Assembly: GCA_029882535.1 (NCBI GenBank)
Contig: JAOUKM010000001.1
Span: 86,037-110,036 of the forward strand
Reading direction: 5' to 3'
Length of the DNA: 24,000 bases
Origin: Candidatus Bathyarchaeota archaeon
GTDB lineage: Archaea > Thermoproteota > Bathyarchaeia > Bathyarchaeales > SOJC01
Part shown: piece by piece, positions 1 to 8,089 of the stretch
Position numbering within the stretch: the first letter of the stretch is position 1
How the letters are laid out: every line of letters begins with the position of its first letter
The notes under the pieces: model-generated
What the model saw: the letters and a program-made list of their open reading frames with translations, nothing else
Told to the model about the DNA's origin: nothing
Databases searched by the model: none
Program-made: the position numbers and the translations under genes

Positions 1-914
1 AATACTATGATTGTTAACCAAAAAATCGTCAGACTTGTGAGAACTATCGCTGAGAGTAGCAGTAGAATGAAAGCCATAGCAAAGAGAGGTTGGCTAGCCC
101 GCTGCAGAGACCTAATCCTCGAATACTTTGAAACTCTCATTTTCTTAAACAAGAATGCTTTAAACATCAGGAAAATACCGCCCATAGCTTTCCCAAAGAC
201 AAATTCTTTCCGCAGATTTTTAGACAAATTATCTGCAGCTGGCCCAAACTTCTGTATGACAGGAAGTCTGTAGCTTTTCAATATCAGAAATCCTTGTTGG
301 CGTATTTTGTAGGATACGAAAAGGTCTTCCCCAGCAATTCTAAATCTCTCAGGAAAACCTCCGATTTTTTCCAAAACGTCTTTCCTGTATACATCACATT
401 TCCCCTCGGAAAACGTTACCTCTTCTTCAACCTGTTTAAGGTTTGCGGCATGGTATTGTCTTCGAAATATACCGAAGGCTTTTGCGAAAAAATTTAGTTT
501 TTTAGGGGGAATTCCATAATAACCTGTTACAACAGCTACTTTGCTGTTGGCAAAGTATTCTAAAGCGTTGATTATCCAATTTTTGTCAGCAAATACGCAG
601 TCTTGATGTAGTATTACAACATATTTTCCATGTGATTCTTTTATTCCATGATTCAATGTTGCTGCAAGCCCAAGATTCCTGTCGTGTTTAATTACTCTAT
701 AAAAAGCAATGTTATCTTCGTGTTTGCATTCGTTTATTTTTTCGAAGGTGGTGTCTTTACTTGCGTCATCGATGATAATCAGTTCGATGGGTTTGTAAGT
801 TTGATTTAAGACGGATTCGATACTATTACATATGGTTTTTTCCCCATTATAAGCAGGCATTATCACTGAAACTAACTCTGTCAAAACAGGTTTTGTGTTG
901 GTTTTTGCAGTCAA
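1..914 (-). CDS. Glycosyltransferase family 2 (partial; C-terminal membrane part runs off the left window edge)
   Basis: Absent from the ORF track because no stop lies inside the window. My manual reverse-strand translation from 914 to 1 is open throughout: (TTG)TAKTNTKPVLTELVSVIMPAYNGEKTICNSIESVLNQTYKPIELIIIDDASKDTT...DRNLGLAATLNHGIKESHGKYVVILHQDCV...GEDLFVSYKIRQQGF...hydrophobic tail LFAMAFILLLLSAIVLTSLTIFWLTIIV. These are GT-A/GT2 signatures (VSVIxPxYN, DDxSxD, xxD, GED). TTG at 914-912 has GGGAG 5 nt upstream; alternative ATG at 860. The + strand ORFs 7..273 and 294..497 are shadows of this gene. Confidence 0.8.
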   Translation of the reverse strand, partial: MTAKTNTKPVLTELVSVIMPAYNGEKTICNSIESVLNQTYKPIELIIIDDASKDTTFEKINECKHEDNIAFYRVIKHDRNLGLAATLNHGIKESHGKYVVILHQDCVFADKNWIINALEYFANSKVAVVTGYYGIPPKKLNFFAKAFGIFRRQYHAANLKQVEEEVTFSEGKCDVYRKDVLEKIGGFPERFRIAGEDLFVSYKIRQQGFLILKSYRLPVIQKFGPAADNLSKNLRKEFVFGKAMGGIFLMFKAFLFKKMRVSKYSRIRSLQRASQPLFAMAFILLLLSAIVLTSLTIFWLTIIV

Positions 915-926
915 TATGACTCCCAG

Positions 927-2225
927 TCATTCATGGTTGAGCAAAGCGGCTTGCGCTGCATCTATACCTGTTTTGAGAGCCGTTCCCATATAACGATCTC
1001 TCGGATACGTTCGAGAGATGCCACCTGTGTATAATCCTTTTACCGGGGACTTAGCTTCAGGCATATGTTTACCGTAATCGGGGATAAACAGAGGTGTAGA
1101 GTATTGTGCTCTATGAAGGCGCCACCATAGCAGCTTTTCTCTTACATCACAGTCAAAAATGTCGCTAAGATGCGGCAAGAATTCCTCTACTATCTCTTTG
1201 TCAGATTTTTGCCAGAAGTCATCTGTGGAATTCAAATATTTCACGACAAACATTAAACTAGGATGTTTTAACTCTGTATTCAAATGTCCATGCTCGAAGA
1301 CTCCTACAAAAGGATACTTTTCTAAATCCATTATATTTAGCCAGTAGAATAGACTGAGTCTTTCAGACAAAGCTAATGCTGCGCAGAGTGATGATTTGTA
1401 TTCGATGTTTTCTAACGATTTCCGGTATTCCTGCGGCAGATCTTTGACGACTTTTAAAAGTACAGGAATAGGCAATGTGCTGATAACTATGTCAGTCGTG
1501 ATTTCTTGAGTTCTTCCTTTTTCCGCATATTTTACCTTTTTTACCTTTCCCTTCTTTATTACAACGCTGGTGACCTTGGCTCCAGTTTTTACAACGCCAT
1601 CGTTTTTTTGGCATCGCATCGCAAGTCCTGTTACAATTTTCTCAATGCCGCCGCTTACATAACCGAATCGGTCACTAACTGATTTTGATTCGTGCCCAAA
1701 ACGACTCATTAACCACGCTGCAGATACATTATTTGGAGGTTCGGCAAACTTCGCTTGTACGATGTAGTTTATCAGCTTGTAAGCCTCTTCGCCCGCAGTA
1801 GCTTTGCAGTAGTTCTCAACGTCTACTCCTTCCAGTTCCTGCCAATCCATTTTTTGTCGCGCCTTAAAAACCAACAAGCCAAATTTTATTCGCCCCCAAA
1901 AGCTCAGAGGTTTGAATTTCAGAATTGACAAAGGAGAAGAAAAATCATAAGATTTCCCTTGAGAATAGAAACCAACCTTCAATTTCCTCCAATACAAATC
2001 GCTTTCTAAACCTAGATCACGGATAGTCTTTAGAGTGACGCTGTCGCCATACATGACATGGTGATACGTTTTAGGAATATGTTCTCCATCTATTAAATAA
2101 CTTGATGCCAAACCACCAAGTGTGCCATTTTTTTCCAGCAAAACAGTTTTAAAGCCATTTTCGGAGAGCGTCGAGGCAGCTATTAAACCAGATAAGCCGC
2201 CTCCTAGAACAACAGCTTTCGCCAA
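927..2225 (-). CDS. NAD(P)/FAD-dependent oxidoreductase (amine-oxidase / protoporphyrinogen-oxidase / phytoene-desaturase-like fold)
   Basis: N-terminal dinucleotide fold AVVLGGGLSGLIAASTL...VLLEKNGTLGG. C-terminal GLYTGG...GTALKTGIDAA flavoenzyme-type motif. TTG start with GAGGT 6 nt upstream. Gaps to neighbours are 10 nt upstream and 12 nt downstream. Substrate not assignable. Confidence 0.8.
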   Translation of the reverse strand: MAKAVVLGGGLSGLIAASTLSENGFKTVLLEKNGTLGGLASSYLIDGEHIPKTYHHVMYGDSVTLKTIRDLGLESDLYWRKLKVGFYSQGKSYDFSSPLSILKFKPLSFWGRIKFGLLVFKARQKMDWQELEGVDVENYCKATAGEEAYKLINYIVQAKFAEPPNNVSAAWLMSRFGHESKSVSDRFGYVSGGIEKIVTGLAMRCQKNDGVVKTGAKVTSVVIKKGKVKKVKYAEKGRTQEITTDIVISTLPIPVLLKVVKDLPQEYRKSLENIEYKSSLCAALALSERLSLFYWLNIMDLEKYPFVGVFEHGHLNTELKHPSLMFVVKYLNSTDDFWQKSDKEIVEEFLPHLSDIFDCDVREKLLWWRLHRAQYSTPLFIPDYGKHMPEAKSPVKGLYTGGISRTYPRDRYMGTALKTGIDAAQAALLNHE

Positions 2226-2235
2226 GTCAAGACCT

Positions 2236-3318
2236 CTAGAAAGTTAAAAATTGCGCCAATTCTCGGGCATACCACGTATCTGCAATTTTCTCCGTGTAAC
2301 TTATTCCTTCGCGTCTGTAATACCAAAAGCTATTATACTTAGTGGCGATCCAAGCAAATATCTCAAACAGAGATGTGTCGAACATAATTGACTTGAAGAT
2401 AGATTTACGAAACGCCATCTCCCACTTGAAAATTGGTTGTTTATCTGGTTCTGGCAAGATAAAGGGATTTGATTTGAACTCATCGCCTTGCAGAGTGTAG
2501 TCAAGTACGCCTACACCGCGTTTCGCACTAGTTTTTACGTGTTTAGGAGTTGGCATTCCCATATACTCTGCAACAACTGCATCTAAGGCCACAGGGTCGG
2601 TGGAAGCCAATATTACATTACATATTTTCGGCATCCCCGTACGAGGCCCATTACCTTCCATAGCAATGGTGCCGTCTACTATCGTGTACGCAATCTTAGG
2701 TTTTAAAAAACTCGTTATATCTGCAATTGCATCGTTGACAACCAGATGATATTGGTGCCGTACTCTAGGGACGACGCCCCAAAAATGTTTTAGAGAACAG
2801 GTTAAGCCAGTGAGGCAGTGTGTCTTCATTACCGGCAAGTTAACGATACTATCTGCTTTGAGAATAGATTCGGGGACATCTAATGTTTTGAAAACTTTGC
2901 CATTTAATTTAACTCTAATCAACTTATCCTCTGAAAGATTTTGAAAACGCGCACCATATTTTCTAGCGAGTTTCTTATGCCCCCAAACTTCAGCAGCTTT
3001 GTTGCATTGTCGCGCTGCCGCAAGATCTGCATCACCAAGAGTTACATCATAACCACGTTCAGTTAACTCTTTTAAAACTTCATCTAAAACCATAGGAGAT
3101 GTGCACTGTCCAGGGACGTACTCTGAGGAAATAAGATTAACTTTGACGAATACCTTATTTCCCTTTAGCTCATTCTTTTCCCACATGGGCAGCATAGCGG
3201 CTTTAACTGTTTTTTGTACACCGCCTCGTATTCGTTTCACTTTTAAGAAAAGAACCAATGAAGGGAGTTTCTGCATCTCCTCATTTGTAACAGGTGAAGT
3301 GTTAGAAAGCATTTTCAA
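2236..3318 (-). CDS. DUF362 domain protein with extra amphipathic/aromatic C-terminal tail
   Basis: KVFVKVNLISSEYVPGQCTSPMVLDEV..., NLPVMKTHCLTGLTCSLKHFWGVVP and VDGTIAMEGNGP match my memory of DUF362 blocks (xKPNl, lPxlKtH..tG.T..lKN.fG, DG...meG.GP). Start is TTG 3318 or ATG 3312. First gene of the operon, with an AT-rich TATA-like box (3343-3352) upstream. Confidence 0.72.
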   Translation of the reverse strand: MKMLSNTSPVTNEEMQKLPSLVLFLKVKRIRGGVQKTVKAAMLPMWEKNELKGNKVFVKVNLISSEYVPGQCTSPMVLDEVLKELTERGYDVTLGDADLAAARQCNKAAEVWGHKKLARKYGARFQNLSEDKLIRVKLNGKVFKTLDVPESILKADSIVNLPVMKTHCLTGLTCSLKHFWGVVPRVRHQYHLVVNDAIADITSFLKPKIAYTIVDGTIAMEGNGPRTGMPKICNVILASTDPVALDAVVAEYMGMPTPKHVKTSAKRGVGVLDYTLQGDEFKSNPFILPEPDKQPIFKWEMAFRKSIFKSIMFDTSLFEIFAWIATKYNSFWYYRREGISYTEKIADTWYARELAQFLTF

Positions 3319-3572
3319 TCTTCACACCATCTCTTGGCCTTCAATATATTTTGTTCAGAGTGACTACTCTGCTCATACATATATAATCTTTCAGAAACAA
3401 GACCATTTCGGGCGACATATTGATCAGCAACGCATCATGAGAAAATAGTCATCAGCATTATTAATGTTCTAGATGGATGTTAGAAAAAGCTGTCCTCAAA
3501 GATTTTTGCAAAAACATGCCAAGACATAAAAGAATTTACTTTGAGTTACCTCTAAACTTGAATAAACAACCT

Positions 3573-3582
3573 ATCTATAAAG
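3573..3582 (+). promoter_or_regulatory. TATA-like box (ATCTATAAAG) upstream of priS
   Basis: AT-rich box about 20-28 nt upstream of the priS ATG (3601) with no SD motif between. This is consistent with a leaderless or near-leaderless archaeal transcript. Position-based inference only. Confidence 0.4.
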
Positions 3583-3600
3583 TAGGCTAGTTGAAGACCC

Positions 3601-4830
3601 ATGCTTTCACCATCAGTACAAGCTATACGCGAGAAGTTTGCCCAATACTACAAGAATAAGGGCGTCACATTTCATATTCCTAAGCAAATGGAGAAACGTG
3701 AGTTTGGTTTTCTTCTTTTTAAGAAAAGAATAATGTTGAGGCACAGAAAGTTTGAAAATATAAACGTCCTCAAAGCATTCTTGAGCACCATAATTCCATC
3801 AGATGTCTACTACTCCAGCGCATACTTCGAGGAACCTGAGAGAGAGATGAAAGACAAAGGCTGGCTGGGGGCGGATTTAGTGTTTGATATTGACGCGGAT
3901 CACATTCCTACGCCATGCGGCAAAGTTCACGACACATGGGTCTGTAGCCATTGCAGCTTTGCTGGTAAGGGACTTTCTCCTGAAAAATGTCCCTCTTGCG
4001 GCGAAGCAAAATTCGACACTAAGACTTGGATGTGCGACGAGTGTTTGAAATCTGCCAAAAAAGAGACAGTCAAGCTCTTAGACATGTTGATGGAAGACCT
4101 AGGCTTCGCAGAAGACGAAATAAAGGTTTACTTTAGCGGAAATCGCGGCTATCACGTACATGTAGAAAACGAAAATATTCGTTTTCTTGATTCTATGGCG
4201 CGCAAGGAAATAACGGATTATATTATCGGGTTAGGCTTCAAAGTAGAATTGCACAGGTTGATAGATAAGGATAAAGGTAGAGTTGTTGTTGGACCTAACT
4301 TGAAAGGTTGGAGAGGTCGCATTGCCAACAGAATCTATGAGTTTCTAACAGAAGCAACCTCCGACGAAATCGAAAAGCTAGGCTTAAAAAAACACGTCGC
4401 TGGTTTCTTAATCAAAAACAAGAAAACGCTTCTGGAAAACTGGAAAAATAAAGAGTGGATCAGCGTCAAGGGTGTGGGACCCAAAAACTGGAAAAAAATT
4501 ATTCAATGGATTGTGGACCAGCAATCGGCGAAAATTGATACAGTGGTCACAACAGACACTCATCGACTAATTCGGTTAGCCGGAAGCCTACATGGAAAGA
4601 CAGGGTTTATGAAAGTGGAAGCACCTCTAAGTGGCCTGGACAAGTTTGATCCTTTAAAGGAGGCAGTAGCCTTTAAAGAAGGACAAATAAATGTTAACGT
4701 TGATGAAGCGCCCAAGTTTCAAATAGGAGACACATATTATGGACCATTCAAAAATACCTCCCACGAGGAGTTGCCCACAGCAGCAGCGTTATTTCTACTC
4801 TGCAAGGGAGCAGCGCAGGTGGCGGAATAG
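3601..4830 (+). CDS. priS: DNA primase small (catalytic) subunit PriS
   Basis: Catalytic DLVFDIDADH (DxD), SGNRGYHVHV (SGxRGxH), RLIRLAGSLHGKTG. Cys/His zinc module CGKVHDTWVCSHC...CPSCG...CDEC inserted after the DxD motif. Confidence 0.93.
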   Translation: MLSPSVQAIREKFAQYYKNKGVTFHIPKQMEKREFGFLLFKKRIMLRHRKFENINVLKAFLSTIIPSDVYYSSAYFEEPEREMKDKGWLGADLVFDIDADHIPTPCGKVHDTWVCSHCSFAGKGLSPEKCPSCGEAKFDTKTWMCDECLKSAKKETVKLLDMLMEDLGFAEDEIKVYFSGNRGYHVHVENENIRFLDSMARKEITDYIIGLGFKVELHRLIDKDKGRVVVGPNLKGWRGRIANRIYEFLTEATSDEIEKLGLKKHVAGFLIKNKKTLLENWKNKEWISVKGVGPKNWKKIIQWIVDQQSAKIDTVVTTDTHRLIRLAGSLHGKTGFMKVEAPLSGLDKFDPLKEAVAFKEGQINVNVDEAPKFQIGDTYYGPFKNTSHEELPTAAALFLLCKGAAQVAE

Positions 4831-4832
4831 CC

Positions 4833-5384
4833 GTGTATGACTTGCTTTATGACGCTTGGTTAAAAGAAAAAGAAAATGCAGAGCTACAAAGGCTTCCTAA
4901 GGATTTCTACGCCAAACTAGCCAAATATGTAGGCCGAATTCGACGAGAAGGACGAATGCTGGACCAAAAGTCAGCCAAGGCAAGACTGATTTCACAAGAG
5001 TTGTCAAACGCTAAACGACTAATGGAAGAACTTGCCAGACTACGCTTTAAAAAGATAGTCGAACACGCGACATCTACAAAACCTCTGAAGAAAGAAGCAT
5101 TAACAGTAGAGGAAGAAAGAGTGCTTCTTGAATTGAGACCTTCATTTGAAAGTTTTCAGTCTCTTTTGAAAGATTCTTTGCGGGGAAAAATTTCGAAAGT
5201 TGAAGAAAAAACTGAGCCGTCGAAAAGGATGTTACTACGTTTTATACAGGAAGTCCCGGCTATTGTGGGTGCGGATTTGAAAGTTTATGGTCCTTTTTCG
5301 GTTGAAGACGTGGCAACGTTGCCTGTTGAAAACGCTAAAGTTTTGGTGAAGCATGGTGTTGCTATGGAAATAGAAACTAGATGA
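4833..5384 (+). CDS. gins51: GINS complex subunit, Gins51 (Gins15)-like
   Basis: N-terminal LLYDAWLKEKENAELQRLPKDFYAKLAKYV and C-terminal KVYGPFSVEDVATLPVENAKVLVKHGVAMEI resemble GINS A and B domains. GTG start 2 nt after the priS stop. priS-gins15 adjacency is known from Sulfolobus (from memory). Confidence 0.72.
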   Translation: MYDLLYDAWLKEKENAELQRLPKDFYAKLAKYVGRIRREGRMLDQKSAKARLISQELSNAKRLMEELARLRFKKIVEHATSTKPLKKEALTVEEERVLLELRPSFESFQSLLKDSLRGKISKVEEKTEPSKRMLLRFIQEVPAIVGADLKVYGPFSVEDVATLPVENAKVLVKHGVAMEIETR

Positions 5385-5426
5385 GTAATTGCTGCCGGGC
5401 GTAAAACTGCTCAAAATTCTTTCACC

Positions 5427-5735
5427 ATGGCTTTTAGCCCAATTATAGTAAACCTTTTCTTAACCCTCAACAGAGAAACTTTGGGAAAAACCTTGAAGAA
5501 AAACGCTAAGGCTGACAGAACGTTAGATTGCCTTGGGCTTTTTTGTCCAGAACCCGTTTATAGAACACGATTAGAGTTAGACAAAATGAAAGTGGGTGAA
5601 ACTTTGGAAATCTGGGCAGATGATCCAGCAGCAGAAAGAGACATACAAAGCCTAACTAAACGCTTAGGCCATGAAATCGTGGAAACGAGGAAAGAAGGGA
5701 GTAAGCTTTATTTCTTGATTAAGAAGGGAAGATGA
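5427..5735 (+). CDS. TusA/SirA-family sulfur-carrier-like protein
   Basis: LDCLGLFCPEPVYRTRLELDKMKVGETLEIWADDPAAERDI carries the GLxCPxP active-site Cys motif and fold pattern of TusA. The hydrophobic N-terminal 18-25 aa of the tracked ORF are probably not translated; alternative TTG at 5481 sits about 26 nt after a TATA-like ATTATAGTA. The stop overlaps ATG 5732 (ATGA). Confidence 0.8.
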   Translation: MAFSPIIVNLFLTLNRETLGKTLKKNAKADRTLDCLGLFCPEPVYRTRLELDKMKVGETLEIWADDPAAERDIQSLTKRLGHEIVETRKEGSKLYFLIKKGR

Positions 5736-5746
5736 GAGGTTTTGCG

Positions 5747-6928
5747 ATGAGAAAGGTTTACATGGATCATACAGCGGGTATGCCTGTTGACCCTCATGTC
5801 GTTGAAGAGATGAAGCGTTACTTTGAAAAGTTTTACGGCAACCCTGCTTCATTGCATTCCTTTGCTCAAGAAGCAAGGAAAGGGCTTGAGAGTGCTCGGG
5901 AAAAAGTTGCTGGGCTGATTGGTGCAGAAAAAAGTGAAGAAGTTGTCTTTACGTCATGCGCCACTGAAAGCAACAATTGGGCGATTAGAGGAGCGGCGGC
6001 AAGAAACCAAATGCGTGGAAAACACATCATAACAACAGGCATAGAACACATGTCGGTGCTGAACGTTTGCAAATATTTGATGAAGCAAGGGTTTAGAGTG
6101 TCATTTTTGCCCGTTGATAAATATGGCATAATTGACCTTGAGATCTTAAAGAAAGAACTGACTGATGAAACAATTCTTGTTTCTGTCATGTATGCAAACG
6201 GAGAAATCGGCACCATCGAACCCATAAAAGAAGTAAGCGAAATCGTGCATGACAAAAACGCCTATTTGCACGTAGATGCTACTGCTGCGATGGGGCAGGT
6301 TGCAATGGATGTGCAAGAGGAAGGCGTTGACCTATTGACTTTGTCTTCAAACGACATGTATGGACCGAAAGGAGTAGGGGCGCTTTACATAAAGAAAGGC
6401 ACGCGATTGGAGCCCCTTGTTTATGGGGGAGGTCAAGAGCGCGGGTTAAGGTCTGGCACAGAAAACTTGCCAGGTATCGTTGGTATGGGGAAGGCGGCGG
6501 AGTTGGCGGAGGCTGAAATGGGAGCGGAAAGCGAGAGGCTGAACAAACTTCGGGACAAGTTCATCAAAGAGCTGTTGGAACACATTCCTTACTCTTTTCT
6601 AAACGGTCACCCATCGAAACGTTTGCCCAACAACGTGGCAGTGCGATTCAGCTTCATTGAAGGTGAGTCAATGCTTCTTAATCTAGATATGGCGGGTGTT
6701 GCGGCATCTTCCGGGTCAGCGTGCACCGCTAAGACGTTGGAGCCGTCTCATGTGCTGTTAGCTATTGGGTTAAAGCATGAAGAGGCTCACGGTTCGTTGC
6801 TGTTTACGTTGGGCAAACAAAACACTGAAGAAGATGTCGACTATGTGGTGGGTTTGATGCCCGATATAGTTAAAAGGCTGCGTGCTATGTCACCATTAAC
6901 GCCAAAAGAGTTGAGGAAAAGTGTATAG
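5747..6928 (+). CDS. iscS: IscS/NifS-like class V aminotransferase-fold protein lacking the PLP-binding lysine
   Basis: MRKVYMDHTAGMP..., HVDATAAMG, active-site loop SSGSACTAKTLEPSHVL retained. The canonical SGHKxYGPKG is SSNDMYGPKG here (Asn 6350-6352, Asp 6353-6355). ATG 5747 is preferred (GAGAGGT 5 nt upstream; typical MxKxYxDH N-terminus). The tracked alternative is ATG 5732. Confidence 0.9.
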   Translation: MRKVYMDHTAGMPVDPHVVEEMKRYFEKFYGNPASLHSFAQEARKGLESAREKVAGLIGAEKSEEVVFTSCATESNNWAIRGAAARNQMRGKHIITTGIEHMSVLNVCKYLMKQGFRVSFLPVDKYGIIDLEILKKELTDETILVSVMYANGEIGTIEPIKEVSEIVHDKNAYLHVDATAAMGQVAMDVQEEGVDLLTLSSNDMYGPKGVGALYIKKGTRLEPLVYGGGQERGLRSGTENLPGIVGMGKAAELAEAEMGAESERLNKLRDKFIKELLEHIPYSFLNGHPSKRLPNNVAVRFSFIEGESMLLNLDMAGVAASSGSACTAKTLEPSHVLLAIGLKHEEAHGSLLFTLGKQNTEEDVDYVVGLMPDIVKRLRAMSPLTPKELRKSV

Positions 6929-7301
6929 CGAAAAGGTTATGGAGCATTTTAGAAACCCTCGAAACGTGGGAGAAATTCCAGACGCTGACGGCGTAGGCAC
7001 TGTTGGAAATCCCGTATGCGGCGACGTGATGACCATGTACATCAAAGTCAAAGACAACCGCATCGTTGACATTAAGTTCAAAACCTTCGGCTGCGGCGCA
7101 GCAGTCGCCACAAGCAGCATGATAACAGAGTTGGCTAAAGGCAAGACTTTGGAAGAGGCTACGGAGATTAGCCGAGGCGATGTGGCAGACAGCCTAGGAG
7201 GTCTTCCACCAATAAAGATGCACTGCTCGAACCTAGCTGCAGATGCGTTGCATGAAGCCATAAAAGACTATCAGAAAAAGCAGGGAGCAAATGAAAAGTG
7301 A
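6921..7301 (+). CDS. iscU: Fe-S cluster scaffold protein IscU
   Basis: All three scaffold Cys motifs are present: GNPVCGD, FKTFGCGAAVA, MHCSNLAADAL. GTG start with GAGG upstream. Overlaps the iscS-like stop by 8 nt. Confidence 0.92.
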   Translation: MYSEKVMEHFRNPRNVGEIPDADGVGTVGNPVCGDVMTMYIKVKDNRIVDIKFKTFGCGAAVATSSMITELAKGKTLEEATEISRGDVADSLGGLPPIKMHCSNLAADALHEAIKDYQKKQGANEK

Positions 7302-7450
7302 CTAAATTCATACAGTGTGCACAGTGCAACGTAAAAATAACAGACGATAAATGCGAGTTTGCAATCTACAAATATGTTATCGATGGTGAAGAATACGTGT
7401 TCTGCTGCGAGAAATGCGCCGAACAATATGAAAAAAAGAAAAAAGCATAA
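7298..7450 (+). CDS. Small (50 aa) Cys-rich zinc-ribbon / TRASH-YHS-like protein (untracked ORF)
   Basis: Manual translation: (GTG)MTKFIQCAQCNVKITDDKCEFAIYKYVIDGEEYVFCCEKCAEQYEKKKKA*. It has CxxC...CCxxC spacing and a G..Y.FC..C...F/Y tail like TRASH/YHS metal-binding modules. GTG 7298 overlaps the iscU TGA (GTGA). The ORF ends 27 nt before the convergent gene. It is below the ORF-track length cutoff. Confidence 0.55.
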   Translation: MTKFIQCAQCNVKITDDKCEFAIYKYVIDGEEYVFCCEKCAEQYEKKKKA

Positions 7451-7477
7451 TAGACTCTGCTTCCTGGTTTCATACAG

Positions 7478-8089
7478 TCATTGTCTAGCTTCAATCAGCA
7501 CAATTTTCTCAAAAGCTAACTTTTCCTCACCAACTATCGCTGCATGCAGCTTGCACTGTGAAAACCGTCTTAACGTCTCTTCCACGTTTGAAAGGCTTGA
7601 CTGCACCAACAGAATACGCCCATTTTCTATGAGGAATTTTGAAGCTTTGCTGATAAATCGGTCAATAACCGTTCGCCCCGACTTTTCGCCTGCCCAAGCC
7701 TTCTCAATCCAGCTTTTCCCTTCATCCCGTTCAACAGGCAGATAGGGCGCATTGAAGAGAACTAAATCGAATTTTTCGTCAGCTTCAACAGCGTCAAAAA
7801 GATTTCCTAAACGTGTTTCAACCTTTGCTCCAACACCATTCAGTTCAGCGTTTTTCTTGGCACAAACCACAGCATGAGGGTTGATGTCTACTGCTACTAC
7901 TTCACTCGCCTTTTCGGCAGCTAACACAGCAAGGATGCCACAACCAGTACCCATGTCTAAGACCTTTTCACCTCCGCTGACAGACAGATTATGGGCAATG
8001 AGAAACGTGTCTTCTGCAGGCTCATATACTTCTCCAGAAACAACAAAAACATGCTTTCCAAAAAAGACCTTTTTAGGTCGATAATTCAT
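7478..8089 (-). CDS. Class I SAM-dependent methyltransferase, HemK/Mtq2-like (putative protein N5-glutamine methylase family)
   Basis: SAM motif I VLDMGTGCGILAV, VVAVDIN, and a catalytic tetrapeptide position reading FNAPYLP (NPPY variant; 7742-7753). Last gene of the conserved block after ksgA, with a 17-nt overlap. Confidence 0.78.
   Translation of the reverse strand: MNYRPKKVFFGKHVFVVSGEVYEPAEDTFLIAHNLSVSGGEKVLDMGTGCGILAVLAAEKASEVVAVDINPHAVVCAKKNAELNGVGAKVETRLGNLFDAVEADEKFDLVLFNAPYLPVERDEGKSWIEKAWAGEKSGRTVIDRFISKASKFLIENGRILLVQSSLSNVEETLRRFSQCKLHAAIVGEEKLAFEKIVLIEARQ

Noticed and set aside
7-497. The + strand ORFs 7..273 and 294..497 from the track
   Set aside because: Their products are low-complexity with no motifs. 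The opposite strand carries an uninterrupted, motif-rich GT2 frame across the whole interval, so these are shadow ORFs.
3421-3458. A possible C/D-box sRNA on the minus strand (CTGATGAC ... TGATGC ... CTGA)
   Set aside because: The box-to-box distance is only about 31 nt. That leaves no room for two ~12-nt guides and proper D'/C' boxes, and there is no terminal stem.
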